64,000 nt of DNA. It comes from Antedon mediterranea. Taxonomy: Eukaryota; Animalia; Echinodermata. Under the pieces are notes generated by a model. It did no database searches and was not told the DNA's origin. It worked only from the letters and a program-made list of their open reading frames with translations. Shown here piece by piece: positions 13,842 through 26,548 of this stretch (positions are counted from its first letter, which is position 1; every line of letters starts with the position of its first letter). The translations under genes were made by a program, and so were the position numbers. The stretch is taken from the NCBI RefSeq assembly GCF_964355755.1, contig NC_092671.1, positions 34,296,304 to 34,360,303 on the forward strand, given 5' to 3'.

Positions 13842-15476
13842 AAAAAACAAAAGTATTGCAACAAAATTGAACATCGCTGACAGAGTGGATACAACTGCAA
13901 ATAAAGATGCTTTCATAACCCTCAAAGACCACAAACCGAACTTCACTAACAAACCTACTTGCCGATTAATAAACCCGACCAAATCCGAGATAGGCAAGAT
14001 AAGCAAAACTATACTCGATCGTATTAACAGCAAAATTACATCAAAACTTCGCACCAATCAATGGAAAAATACCTCATCGGTCATCGAATGGTTTAAGAGC
14101 ATCGACAAGAAACAACAACACAACTTTATATGCTTCGACATCGTAGAATTTTACCCCTCTATCAGCAATGACCTGCTGAATAAAGCACTAGACTCTCCTA
14201 AAAGATACGATGATATTACCAACGACGAAAGAGACATCAACGTACATACCAAAAAATCAGTACTATCATACAAACAGTAACCATGGCTAAAGAAAGGCCC
14301 CACAGCATTCGATGTGACTATGGGTAGTTATGACGGCGCAGAAACATGTGAACTTGTTGGAAGCTTCCTGTTACACCAATTACAACAGAAACTAGGAATC
14401 AACATAGGACTTTACAGAGACGACCTTGCAGTCACAGACACCACACCTAAAAGCACAGAAAATATTAAAAAAGACATATGCCAAATATTAAAAGATAACG
14501 GCCTACGCATTACCATAGAAGCAAACAAACAAGTCATCAACTTCTTAGACGTCACACTCAACCTAGCGAAGAACACATACCAGCCCTACACCAAACCAAA
14601 CGCCACGTTACAGTATATCCATCAACAAAGTAACCACCCACCGACCATCCTAAAGAATATACCCGCCGGAATAAACAGGTGACTCTCGTCCTTGTCATCC
14701 GACAAGAATTCATTCGACCAAGCCGCCCCTGTATACCAGAAAACTCTCAACGACAGTCAGTACACACTAAAATACGAGCCGGTAACCCAGACAAGACGAA
14801 AAAACAGACAACGAAAAGACATTCTGTGGTACAACCCACCGTTCAGCAAAAACGTCAGCACAAACATTGGACAGAAATTCCTATCCCTAGTAGACAAACA
14901 TTTTCCAAAAGATAACAAACTAAGAAAAATCTTCAACCGAAACACTATCAAGATTAGCTACAGTTGTATGAACAATATGAAACAGATAATAGACAGTCAC
15001 AACAAGAGAATACTCAACCAGCCCGAAACAACATCCGTGGAAAACACGCAAGAAAACAAAACATGCAACTGCCGACAGAAAAACACATGCCCGCTAAACG
15101 GAAATTGCTTACAATCATCTGTAATATACCAAGCCACAGTTACACGCAAAGACAAATCCACCTCGGAAACTTATTTCGGACTAACTGAAAATGATTTTAA
15201 AACACGATACAGAAATCACACCTCATCATTCCGTAATTCACGTTCTAGAAACTCAACTGAACTCAGTAAACATATTTGGACACTCAAGGACAATAACACA
15301 GACTATACAATCTCATGGCGCATCTTGACATTTACTAAAGCATATAGTAGCGCAAACAAACAATGCAATCTCTGCCTCAAAGAGAAATTATTTATCATCC
15401 GCCACCCTGAATTATCGACATTAAACAAACGTAACGAACTTGTGTCCGCCTGCCGGCACAGAAAGAAAGCATTGTT

Positions 15477-15515
<39 letters not shown>

Positions 15516-15640
15516 AGCTGACATTCCAAAACATATCACCTGTAAATGCTAATTCTACAAGTAAATGTGCTTATAAGCAGCGTTGTAATTGATTCTTCTC
15601 ATTATAGTCTCCTGATGAGTGAGTTGCACGACGACGAAAA
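13840..15640 (+). mobile_element. 5'-truncated Penelope-like element (Naiad-like), RT + GIY-YIG, with stop codons
   Basis: CRLINPTKSEIG, FDIVEFYPSI, MGSYDGAETCEL, LYRDD, CNCxxxxxCPLxGxC linker, VIY...YFG..RY.NH GIY-YIG; stops at 14278 and 14680; CTGATGA...GAAA remnant at 15612. Confidence 0.9.
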
Positions 15641-15690
15641 TAAAAAGCGAAAAGCTAAATCAAAACGATAAAGTAAACAGCCAGAAAAGT

Positions 15691-15731
15691 TAGCAGAGCT
15701 TTCGGGCAACTCTAGCCCTTCATCAGTGCAA
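15691..15731 (-). ncRNA. Minimal hammerhead ribozyme (inverted copy)
   Basis: Reverse complement of 15773-15813 with one loop mismatch. Confidence 0.8.
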
Positions 15732-15772
15732 GTGAAGGAATTTGGATAATGACGTTATCCAAATTCCTTCAC

Positions 15773-15813
15773 TTGCACTGATGAAGGGCTAGTGTTGCCC
15801 GAAAGCTCTGCTA
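15773..15813 (+). ncRNA. Minimal type I hammerhead ribozyme of a Penelope-like 3' end
   Basis: ttgca CTGATGA a gggc-tagtgtt-gccc GAAA gc TC tgcta: core boxes, stem II, palindromic AGCT stem III. Confidence 0.85.
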
Positions 15814-15930
15814 ACTTTTCTGGCTGTTTACTTTATCGTTTTGATTTAGCTTTTCGCTATATATATATATATATATATATATTTTTTTAAAGATTATACA
15901 TTTTCATCTGAGAGTGCTTATCTTTTTACA

Positions 15931-17298
15931 ATGGATGGTACGGCCTTATACACATCAATTCCTATTCAAGATGGACTTAACGCAATGAGACATTTTATTG
16001 AACTAGATAATTCAATTAAATATCCCGCATCGACAATACTACGTCTCGCTGAACTTGTACTTAATACTACAGCCTTCAACTTCAATGGAAAGTTTTTTCG
16101 GCAAGTTTCTGGGATAAGCATGGGTACAAAAATGGGACCTAACTTTGCTTGCCCCTTTATGGGGTATTTTGAGCAGAATGTGTTACGAGATTTTAAGGGA
16201 AAGAAACCAGATTTATTCAAACGGTATATTGATGATTGTGTTGGTGTTATGTTGGGAACTTTAGATGAACTTAATGAGTTCATTAACTTCGTGAACAATT
16301 TTCATCCTGCTATAAAGTTTACTCATGAAATTTCTGACAAGTGTGTGCCTTTCCTTGATATTAGTTTATCTATTGATAAACCTGGTCTTTCTACATCCGT
16401 CCACTACAAAGATACTGACGCGCACACTTATCTAAATTACAACTCTTCGCATCCTCCAGCTTGTAAGAATGCTATACCGTATTCGCAACTTGTTAGACTT
16501 CGACGTTTATGTAGCGATGATGATGACTTTAACATCAAAGCATCTGAGATGATCGATTTTTTCAATGCACGCGAATATCCATCTGACATTACTGTGAAAT
16601 CTCTAAGAAAAGTTTGCCAGTTAATGCACGAGGACACATTGCAACCTACACATAATACAAATGCTTGTGACCGCATACCTCTAGTCCTCACGTATCATCC
16701 TATGAATAAGAAGGTTATTAACATTGTCCGCGATAACTTTTCAATTTTGACTGAAGAAAAATCCGCTACAAAAGATATTTTTCAAGAACCACCCATGATA
16801 GCTTACAGACGTGATCAAAGCATTAAAGACACTTTAGTTGAATCTAAATTACAAAACAAAGGTAATGAATCAACTGGAACATTCAAATGTAATAGAAATA
16901 GATGTTCGACATGTAATTACGTTTCATGTTCAAACCAAATAGTAGGACCTTCTGGTAATTATGTTATCACAGATCGTATTACGTGCACCACTAGAAATCT
17001 AGTTTATTGTATTTCGTGTACTAAATGTAATATGCTTTATATTGGTGAAACTAAACGCAGGTTAGGTGATAGGTTTGTAGAACATTTAAGGTCTATTAAA
17101 CTAAAGACTCCCGGATTGCCTGTAGCCACCCATTTTTGTAATAATGAGCATTCCCTTTCGGATATTACAATTTCTGGTGTTAAAGTATGTAATGGTTCTG
17201 AGACATCTCGTAGAATTATAGAAGAAAGAATAATTGTAAAGCTTGGCACTCTTGCCCCTATCGGCATAAATGTACAATTTAGATCCTTTAAACATTAA
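15931..17298 (+). CDS. Penelope RT C-half + GIY-YIG endonuclease (in 5' pLTR copy)
   Basis: 455-aa ORF with GTKMGP, YIDD, YIGETKR, APIGIN. Confidence 0.85.
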   Translation: MDGTALYTSIPIQDGLNAMRHFIELDNSIKYPASTILRLAELVLNTTAFNFNGKFFRQVSGISMGTKMGPNFACPFMGYFEQNVLRDFKGKKPDLFKRYIDDCVGVMLGTLDELNEFINFVNNFHPAIKFTHEISDKCVPFLDISLSIDKPGLSTSVHYKDTDAHTYLNYNSSHPPACKNAIPYSQLVRLRRLCSDDDDFNIKASEMIDFFNAREYPSDITVKSLRKVCQLMHEDTLQPTHNTNACDRIPLVLTYHPMNKKVINIVRDNFSILTEEKSATKDIFQEPPMIAYRRDQSIKDTLVESKLQNKGNESTGTFKCNRNRCSTCNYVSCSNQIVGPSGNYVITDRITCTTRNLVYCISCTKCNMLYIGETKRRLGDRFVEHLRSIKLKTPGLPVATHFCNNEHSLSDITISGVKVCNGSETSRRIIEERIIVKLGTLAPIGINVQFRSFKH

Positions 17299-17519
17299 TT
17301 TTGCCAGAGACATTCACATATTAACAATTATTTACACTTGAAGCTTTTGTCTTTGTTTTAAATTTCCTGCTTTATAAGCAACCATTCCTGCTTTGTACAC
17401 CATAGCTTTTGGAGGCGTGCCTTTATAACTATGCCTTTTGTTTGTTAACATCTTTGATTGGCTGATTTGTTTTATTATGTAATTTTGTGACTTATATATG
17501 TTATCCTTTGTTACAATTC

Positions 17520-17559
17520 TTTTCACCTGATGATGGGCTATGCCCGAAACATGTTAAAA
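17520..17559 (+). ncRNA. Hammerhead ribozyme, 5' pLTR copy lacking the GTC triplet
   Basis: ttttcac CTGATGA t gggc-tat-gccc GAAAC at [gtc missing] gttaaaa. Confidence 0.7.
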
Positions 17560-17741
17560 TAAATCTATATTGAGGCAGTTTTAACTTATTTGATCTTGAT
17601 TTTTTTCTATATCCTGCCTATGCAGCTCTTTGATTTATATATATATACAGTACTACTACTCTGCTGCATCCACCGGTTTTATATATATCTTTTGTTATCA
17701 CCATCGTTTTTTGTTGTGTACCTGTTTGTTTTATAACAAGT

Positions 17742-20464
17742 ATGGCCAATTCCAAGCAAGTTTTACAACAAGCGCGTCGGATTCTCAACAACGACTTAAG
17801 CCTGTATTCTCCATGTGTGAGGACATTTGGTTTTTGCTTTGGAACCTCAACGTTCAGTAAGGCAAGATGTTCTAGTAATGTTTATTTTCTGTCCACATGT
17901 CTAAGACGGAACGTCATACCCAAGTCATTTAGATCTACCTGGTCACCGTCCTTTGCTTATGTTGGTAAGAAGTTCATATCTGATAGTATCAATGCTGTTT
18001 CCAGACGGTTTATGCGTATGAGCATTCAGATGAACTTAAAGAAAGTTGCGTATCATGATGAACAAATGGTACATCATAAGACCAACCTACGAGCAGCTTG
18101 TACCAACTACGAATTTGACAAAATACGAAGTATCGTCCATGGATTAAACAAATGGTATTACAAGTCATTGACAGAAGCTAAATTATTTAAAGCTAATCGT
18201 GTTTGTAGAGAGTATTCCATTGACGAGGTAGGACCAACGAGAGCACACCCTGATAGGTCTAAACTAGTTGTGACTATACCTGATGATTTGCCTCTTAAAG
18301 ATGAAGAACGCTCTGTTCTTTCTAAGGGTCTGTCTTTTATTCCTATTAGGAAAGAGATTGATGAATTCCAGCTTAAACAAGACATGGATTAATATTACAG
18401 ACATTTACGACTCAAAGCAAACTTTCACGGCAAGAATCAGACAAATGTAACAACAAAAGATGAATTCCAGTTGCTGAATAAGAAGCCATCTAGCTGGACA
18501 CCGCCACAAGGTATGTTCGCTGAACTTGATCTGTATGCCAATACTTGCAAACGAGAGATTAACAAGCTTAAGTTAAAACAACCAAAGAATATTTGTAATT
18601 TGTCAAAAGGAGAGCAAGCTGCCATTAGATCGCTTAAAGGTAATCATGACTACATTATTAAACGAGCAGATAAAGGTGGTGCTACTGTGGTTTGGAGAAG
18701 TGACCTATATATTACAGAGGGAGAAAGACAACTTTCTAATCTTGACGTATATCAGCCACTTGATGCCGACCCTACTGATTCTGATATTGGTATTGTTAAG
18801 AAGACTGTAAATAGTATGATTAAGAAGAAAGACCTTCCTTCTACAGCCCATATATTGATTAATTCTGACGCCACATGTTCTAGCTTTTACATGTTACCTA
18901 AAATACACAAGACTAACAGTCCTGGTAGACCTATTGTTTCCGCTTGTAACGCGCCTACAGTTCTTATTAGCGAGTTCTTGGATGGAATCTTGAAGCCAAT
19001 TGTACAAAATCTGCCAACCTACATCAAAGATAGCAAAGAAGCTGTAGTTTTGTTTAAAGATTATACATTTTCATCTGAGAGTGCTTATCTTTTTACAATG
19101 GATGTTACGGCCTTATACACATCAATTCCTATTCAAGATGGACTTAACGCAATGAGACATTTTATTGAACTAGATAATTCAATTAAATATCCCGCATCGA
19201 CAATACTACGTCTCGCTGAACTTGTACTTAATACTACGTCAGCCTTCAACTTCAATGGAAAGTTTTTTCGGCAAGTTTCTGGGATAAGCATGGGTACAAA
19301 AATGGGACCTAACTTTGCTTGCCTCTTTATGGGGTATTTTGAGCAGAATGTGTTACGAGATTTTAAGGGAAAGAAACCAGATTTATTCAAACGGTATATT
19401 GATGATTGTGTTGGTGTTATGTTGGGAACTTTAGATGAACTTAATGAGTTCATTAACTTCGTGAACAATTTTCATCCTGCTATAAAGTTTACTCATAAAA
19501 TTTCTGACAAGTGTGTGCCTTTCCTTGATATTAGTTTATCTATTGATAAACCTGGTCTTTCTACATCCGTCCACTACAAAGATACTGACGCGCACACTTA
19601 TCTAAATTACAACTCTTCGCATCCTCCAGCTTGTAAGAATGCTATACCGTATTCGCAACTTGTTAGACTTCGACGTTTATGTAGCGATGATGATGACTTT
19701 AACATCAAAGCATCTGAGATGATCGATTTTTTCAATGCACGCGAATATCCATCTGACATTACTGTGAAATCTCTAAGAAAAGTTTGCCAGTTAATGCACG
19801 AGGACACATTGCAACCTACACATAATACAAATGCTTGTGACCACATACCTCTAGTCCTCACGTATCATCCTATGAATAAGAAGGTTATTAACATTGTCCG
19901 CGATAACTTTTCAATTTTGACTGAAGAAAAATCCGCTACAAAAGATATTTTTCAAGAACCACCCATGATAGCTTACAGACGTGATCAAAGCATTAAAGAC
20001 ACTTTAGTTAAATCTAAATTACAAAACAAAGGTAATGAATCAACTGGAACATTCAAATGTAATAGAAATAGATGTTCGACATGTAATTACGTTTCATGTT
20101 CAAACCAAATAGTAGGATCTTCTGGTAATTATGTTATCACAGATCGTATTACGTGCACCACTAGAAATCTAGTTTATTGTATTTCGTGTACTAAATGTAA
20201 TATGCTTTATATTGGTGAAACTAAACGCAGGTTAGGTGATAGGTTTATTATTAAATTATCTATTAAACTAAAGACTCCCGGATTACCTGTAGCCACCCAT
20301 TTTTGTAATAATGAGCATTCCCTTTCGGATATTACAATTTCTGGTGTTAAAGTATGTAATGGTTCTGAGACATCTCGTAGAATTATAGAAGAAAGAATAA
20401 TTGTATAGCTTGGCACTCTTGCCCCTACCGGCATAAATGTACAATTTAGAACCTTTAAACATTA
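17742..20464 (+). pseudogene. Full-length Penelope polyprotein (N-term + RT + GIY-YIG) with in-frame stops
   Basis: ORFs 17742-18392 and 18471-20408 are in the same frame, separated by TAA; a further TAG lies at 20406. Confidence 0.85.
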
Positions 20465-20673
20465 ATTTTGCCAGAGACATTCACATATTAACAATTATTT
20501 ACACTTGAAGCTTTTGTCTTTGTTTTAAATTTCCTGCTTTATAAGCAACCATTCCTGCTTTGTACACCATAGCTTTTGGAGGCGTGCCTTTTGTTTGTTA
20601 ACATCTTTGATTGGCTGATTTGTTTTATTATGTAATTTTGTGACTTATATAATGTTATCCTTTGTTACAATTC

Positions 20674-20716
20674 TTTTCACCTGATGATGGGCTATGCCCG
20701 AAACATGTCGTTAAAA
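20674..20716 (+). ncRNA. Minimal type I hammerhead ribozyme, 3' pLTR copy
   Basis: ttttcac CTGATGA t gggc-tat-gccc GAAAC at GTC gttaaaa; palindromic CATG stem III. Confidence 0.9.
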
Positions 20717-20789
20717 TAAATCTATATTGAGGCAGTTTTAACTTATTTGATCTTGATTTTTTTCTATATCCTGCCTATGCAGCTCTTTG

Positions 20790-20831
<42 letters not shown>

Positions 20832-22910
20832 TTGCTCTAATACAACAGAAATACACAAAATGTTAAGAAACACCTTATTTTGACATTTAACCTATAGCTG
20901 GTACAAACATTTTTGCGTGGAGCACACGTACAGTTTTAATAACTAGCGAATATTGTCTTGCTTAATCAGTGACTGTTGAGTATGGTAAAGTAAATATTCT
21001 AATTGTAACCCTTGGTTATTATTCTTTGATTGCTTTTTAGGGTGGGTTACTATTAGAAGTTGGGTAACTATTAGAGTAGTGGGTTACTATTACTAATCTT
21101 AAATTAGGCACCTGAAAATAGTAACCCATCCCCAACTTTTCCGGTCTAATAGCAAAATAATAAAACAGTACGAATAAACAAATTAAGTTGAACTCCAACT
21201 TATTTTATAAACTCAAAAACACTCAATCCTCGCCCCCACTCCCGAGATCAACATGCATTATCTCCTTATTTTCAAAATACGACTGCGTCATAAGTTTTTG
21301 TGATTCTAATAGTAACCCCCATTATGGTTACTATTACTAGAGTAGTGGGGTACTAATCTTAAATTATTAGAGTGTGGGTTACTATTACAGGATTTACAGT
21401 ATATATACTATGGATACTTTGTATCGGAAGTCATAAGTAGATACATACTTCATTCTAATGAATAACATCACAGTTAAATCACCAAGATAATTATTAATAT
21501 TTAGTATTATAATTACAATCAAACTAATCACTGTTTAGCAATGTTTAACTCCGGTAAATGCTATACAGTAATACTGTTACATATTTTTAAACCATAGTTG
21601 AACAATAAAAACAAATCAAAGTAACTGTAGTATGACTATATATTATGTTATAAAGAAAATTGTTTATTTTCTCGTCCTCCTTTTTATTGAAATCACTAAC
21701 TTATAATAATTTTAACTAATATTAATTAAAAAGGTTACCATGTTTGTTATGACATTGTACAGTTAACCATTTTAACCATACTACTCAGTATATGTGATTT
21801 TAATTAAAACTAAACATTAATAATTTAACAATTCTAAAGAACTTATTGTTTTGTTCAGATGTTCCAAAAATTGATTTGTATTGATATAAGGAAGCAAAAA
21901 AACATTAACATAGTTTGCTAGAGGGTGCAGATGAACCCTTTCTGGCTCCCCAACTAGTGGGGCATTTCGTATTTAAAAGAACACTGAAAATGTTACCATT
22001 ACCATACAATGGTTATGCTGACTGAACCAACCACTGTTCAAGTTGAATAAGCCATTATTTTCCAATGCTCGATATGAGAAAGGGCACATCATTCAATGTT
22101 TTGAAATGTACGTAAAAGAAATGAAAGTAATAAAAGTAAATCTGTTAATTACGTTAAAACAGCTCATCAAAACGTTATGTTGCACAAGCCAAGAGTCGTT
22201 GCCAATTCCAATATAACAACAATTTAAAATTCATGAATCAACCAAAAATCAAGTAAAAGGCCAATAATGAAAAAAGAGGATATTAAGGTGTGTCATGGCA
22301 TGAGTAACACAACTGTTAGTGTTACTACTCATCTAATCGCGTCCAGATGACGATTTTAAATAAAACAACCTTTGAGAACCGCAAAGTTTGGTGGACCAAG
22401 GTCTGGATAAAAATATATTCTTCAGTTGTGGTTCGCAATATGGCAAGTATGGTAGTCTCGTTATTATATTGTGCACCCTCCGAAAATGTCCATACTTTCA
22501 ATTAGTAGGTTGATATACCCCAGTTTAAAGGCCCTTTAAAGAAAGATGATACTCAGCAATATAGGACAAATACCACGTCAACCCAATAATGAGATATGGT
22601 AATTTGCCTGAAAAACAGGTCAAAGGTCAAATATGATATTTCTGGTCATTATTTGAGAAAAAACTTCCCATAACAAAAAGTCTTAGTAGTTATAGCTCTA
22701 TAGCGGTTAGCCTTATAGTCTATCCGGCTTAGTAGATATAGAGCTGTCGCCTATTTATCACCTACTAGTAGATAGATATTTGATAGATTTTTTATAGTCG
22801 TTAGTAGATTTTTGCCTCATTAGCATATTTCGCGATGATATTAGTAGGCGACACCTACTAAATACAACTATTATTAGACTACCAATAATCTATCTAGAAT
22901 GGAGTCTTAA

Positions 22911-24010
22911 TTGGCTATTATTTGGCTTTTAAAAATCTACATTAATTTGCTATTTATGGGCTATTAAAAATCTACTAATTAAATGACTATTATTGGGCTA
23001 TTAAAAATCTGTATAAATTGGCTATTATTTGGCAATTAAAAATCTACATAAAATGGCTATAATTTGTCTACTTAAAATCTACATTATTTGGCTATTAATA
23101 TACTATTAAAAATCTACTAAATAATTGGCTATTATTCAGCTACTAAAAATCTACATTATTTTGCTATTATTGGGCTATTAAAAATCTACTTAAAAATGGC
23201 TATTATTTGTCTACTAAAAATCTACATTATTTGGCTATTATTGGGCTATTAAAAATCTACATAAAAATGGCTATTATTTGTCTACTAAAAATCTACATTA
23301 TTTGGCTATTATTGGGCTATTAAAAATCTACATAAAAATGGCTATTATTTGTCTACTAAAAATCTACATTATTTGGCTATTATTGGGCTATTAAAAATCT
23401 ACCTAAAAATGGCTATTATTTGTCTACTAAAAATCTACATTATGTGGATATTATTGGTCTATTAAAAATCTACTTTAAAATGGCTATTATTTGTCTATTA
23501 AAAATCTACATTATTTGGCTATTTTTGGGCTATTAAAAATCTAATTAAAAATGGCTATTATTTGTCTACTAAAAATCTACATTATTTGGCTATTATTGGG
23601 CTATTCAAAATCTACACTATTTGGCTATTATTGGGCTGTTAAAAATCTACTTAAAAATGGCTATTATTTGTCTACTAAAAATCTACATTATTTGGCTATT
23701 ATTGGGCTATTAAAAATCTACATTATTTGGCTATTATTGGGCTATTAAAAATCTACATTATTTGGCTATTATTGGACTATTAAAAATCTAAATAAATTGG
23801 CGACTATTGGGATATTAAAAATCTACATTATTTGGCTATTAAAAATCTACATAAATTGGCTATTAAAAATCGACTAAATAATTGGCTATTAAAAATCTAC
23901 ATTTAACTATTATTGGGCTATTAACAATCTACATATAGATATTATTGGGCTATTAAAAATCTACATATAAATTGGCTATTAAAAATCTACATAAATTAAC
24001 TACTGTTAAT
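22911..24010. repeat. Minisatellite, ~29-30-bp unit (ggctattattgggctattaaaaatctacattattt) with ~59-bp dimer
   Basis: Direct inspection of tandem copies. Confidence 0.95.
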
Positions 24011-25779
24011 TTAGATACTTAAAATCTACAGAAATAAAAAATCTAATCTTTTCTGGCTATAATACAGATACAGAACAATAATTCATCTTATTGGCAAATA
24101 ACAAATGTATAATTAAAAAAATAACAAATTAATTTTTTTCCCGTATTTGTAAACCTTAATTTTGTCCATACATATGCGAGTCCGAAAACTTTAAGCACAT
24201 ATTTTAACTCAGTTGGACATGTAAAAGGAAGAATACCAAACAACAACAGTTACTTTTGTAACAATTTAGACTTATTAAGTGAAACAAGACATTAGTAACC
24301 AAATATACAGTATACATTTTATAAATTTATTTAACAAAAAATTAAGATAGTACAGTATTTGTAAACCTAATATCTTAACCATAACATTGCACATGTTTTA
24401 ACTCAGTTGGACATGTGACAGGAAGAATACCGAGCAACAGAGCAACACTCATCACTTTTGTAACAATCTAGACTTATCAAATGAAATAAGACACAGTATC
24501 CAAATATACAGTATACATTTTATTTAAACTTCAAAATTCAAAACAATTCCTGAATGGAATTAGACCAGACAATAAGAAATGCACCAAATAATGTCACTAT
24601 TGACATGAAAAATTAATTACGCAAAAGCACACTTCACCATAAATTAATCATCTTTGCACTTGACCATCAAATTTGTACTAGTATAGGTTAAAGATCGTCT
24701 CTCTGAAAAAAATAAACATTTTTTTGTTGAATATGCCATTTGAATTTTGCTATAAAAGGGCTACCTACCAGTAACCTATTAACAGACTATAAACAAACTG
24801 ATAATAGCCAGTAACTATTAATAAACTATTTATTTTACATACTTAGGCCTACTAAGAATTATTACAAATAGATACAGTAGATATAGCTAGATGACCTAGG
24901 CCTCTAGGCCTAGATACTGCATTAGAAATCTATTATTAATATCACAGTTGTAATATACATCAACTGCTTACTTACAATAGCTATACTAGGGCTACCAATA
25001 ATAACCTATTAATAGACTAGGATTAGGCCTATTAACAAACTGATAATAGGCCTAGGCAGCCCAGTATAACTATTTAGTATTAATATTATAAACTAAAAAA
25101 TCTATTTTATAATTGAACCCTGGGAAGTAGGCCTACAAAAAAGAAACTAGTAGTAGGCCTATAAGCCTAGGCCTAGGCTATAAAGTATATTAGGCCTAGG
25201 CTAGGCTATTATAATTATAACTTGAATGAAAAATGCCTAGTGCAATTTAAAAAAGACTAGGCCTAGGCTAGGGCCTACCTAGCTTAGTAGCCTAGCCTAC
25301 TAATACAGGCCTGGCTAGGTTATAGAGCCTACTAGAGATCCAGGATCTATTAGAGCCTTAAATATGATGTAGACACTTTTTTTTTGTAATGTTTTTGTTT
25401 TTGAGTTCGTGTTGTGTCCGTTGGATATTGTGCTCCGCCAACAGAGCAAACAGAATTTCTATGTTTTTCCTAAAACAAATGATAATAAATGATACTTGAC
25501 TTGACTTGACTTGACTTGACTAGAGGCCTACTAGCCTAGCTTCTAACTAGCCTATCAAAAAGGAACACTTTAACAAATAAAATGTAAAGATATGGATTGA
25601 TTCACTTACCACTAAACTGACATTGTGGTTGGAATAAAAATAAACATTCATGGTCTGATCGAAAAGGCCTACAACAAGCGAATGCTCCTTTTTTTCTCTG
25701 ATCATCTGCATCGTGCATGCTGCTGCTGCAAAAAAAGAAGCGGGAATTTGGGTGTAACTGTTATAAACACGCACTAATA

Positions 25780-26548
25780 TATAGACAACGGCTATCTATA
25801 ACCTATTAACAAACTACATTTTACATTTTACATTTAACTTATATTCCATACCTACTAAATATCTATTATATATAGATAGATGGAGGCTACTACAAGTCTA
25901 TTAGAAATCTATGAGTAACACCGTTTTGTATTATCTATCAACTGTCTACTTATAATAGATAGACAACAGCTATCTATAACCTATTAACAAACTACATTTA
26001 ACTTATATTCCATACCTACTAAATATCTATTATATATAGATAGATGGAGACTACTACAAGTCTATTAGAAATCTATGAGTAACACAGTTTTGTATTATCT
26101 ATCGACTGTCTACTTGTAATAGATAGACAACAGCTATCTATAACCTATTAACAAACTACGTTTAACATATATTCCATACACTACTAAATATCTATTATAT
26201 ATAGATAGATGGAGACTACTACAAGTCTATTAGAAATCTATGAGTAACACAGTTTTGTATTATCTATCAACTGTCTACTTATAATAGATAGACAACAGCT
26301 ATCTATAACCTATTAACAAACTATATTTAACTTTTTTTTCATACCTACTAAATATCTATTATATATAGATAGATGGAGACTACTACAAGTCTATTAGAAA
26401 TCTATGAGTAACACAGTTTTGTATTATCTATCAACTGTCTACTTATAATAGATAGACAACAGCTATCTATAACCTATTAACAAACTACATTTAACTTTTT
26501 TTTCATACCTACTAAATATCTATTATATATAGATAGATGGAGACTACT
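25780..26548. repeat. Tandem repeat, ~164-165-bp unit, ~4.5 copies
   Basis: agacaac(a/g)gctatctataacc recurs at 25783, 25961, 26125, 26290 and 26454. Confidence 0.95.

Larger units (their letters stand above)
15885..20795 (+). mobile_element. Penelope-like element (Neptune-type), partial tandem with long pLTR
   Basis: 15885-17645 is a near-identical direct repeat of 19053-20795. The ORF has RT (YIDD), a CxxxxCxxC linker and GIY-YIG (LVY...YIGET). Flanked by (TA)n. Confidence 0.95.

Noticed and set aside
14680-14682. In-frame TGA in the Naiad-like ORF as selenocysteine
   Set aside because: Some Naiad elements encode selenoproteins, but this TGA sits where Arg is expected (INxRLS), consistent with CGA>TGA decay. 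The copy also has a TAA at 14278, and I saw no SECIS.
15966-20480. Antisense ORFs over Penelope (and likewise over RTE and BEL) coding regions
   Set aside because: Shadow frames of the sense-strand TE ORFs.
22911-24010. CRISPR-like array
   Set aside because: Contiguous ~29-bp tandem units with no unique spacers, in a eukaryotic context with no cas genes.
25606-25720. Minus-strand exon-like segment ending in gtaagt inside the EnSpm-like element
   Set aside because: No recognisable domain and no convincing downstream exons.
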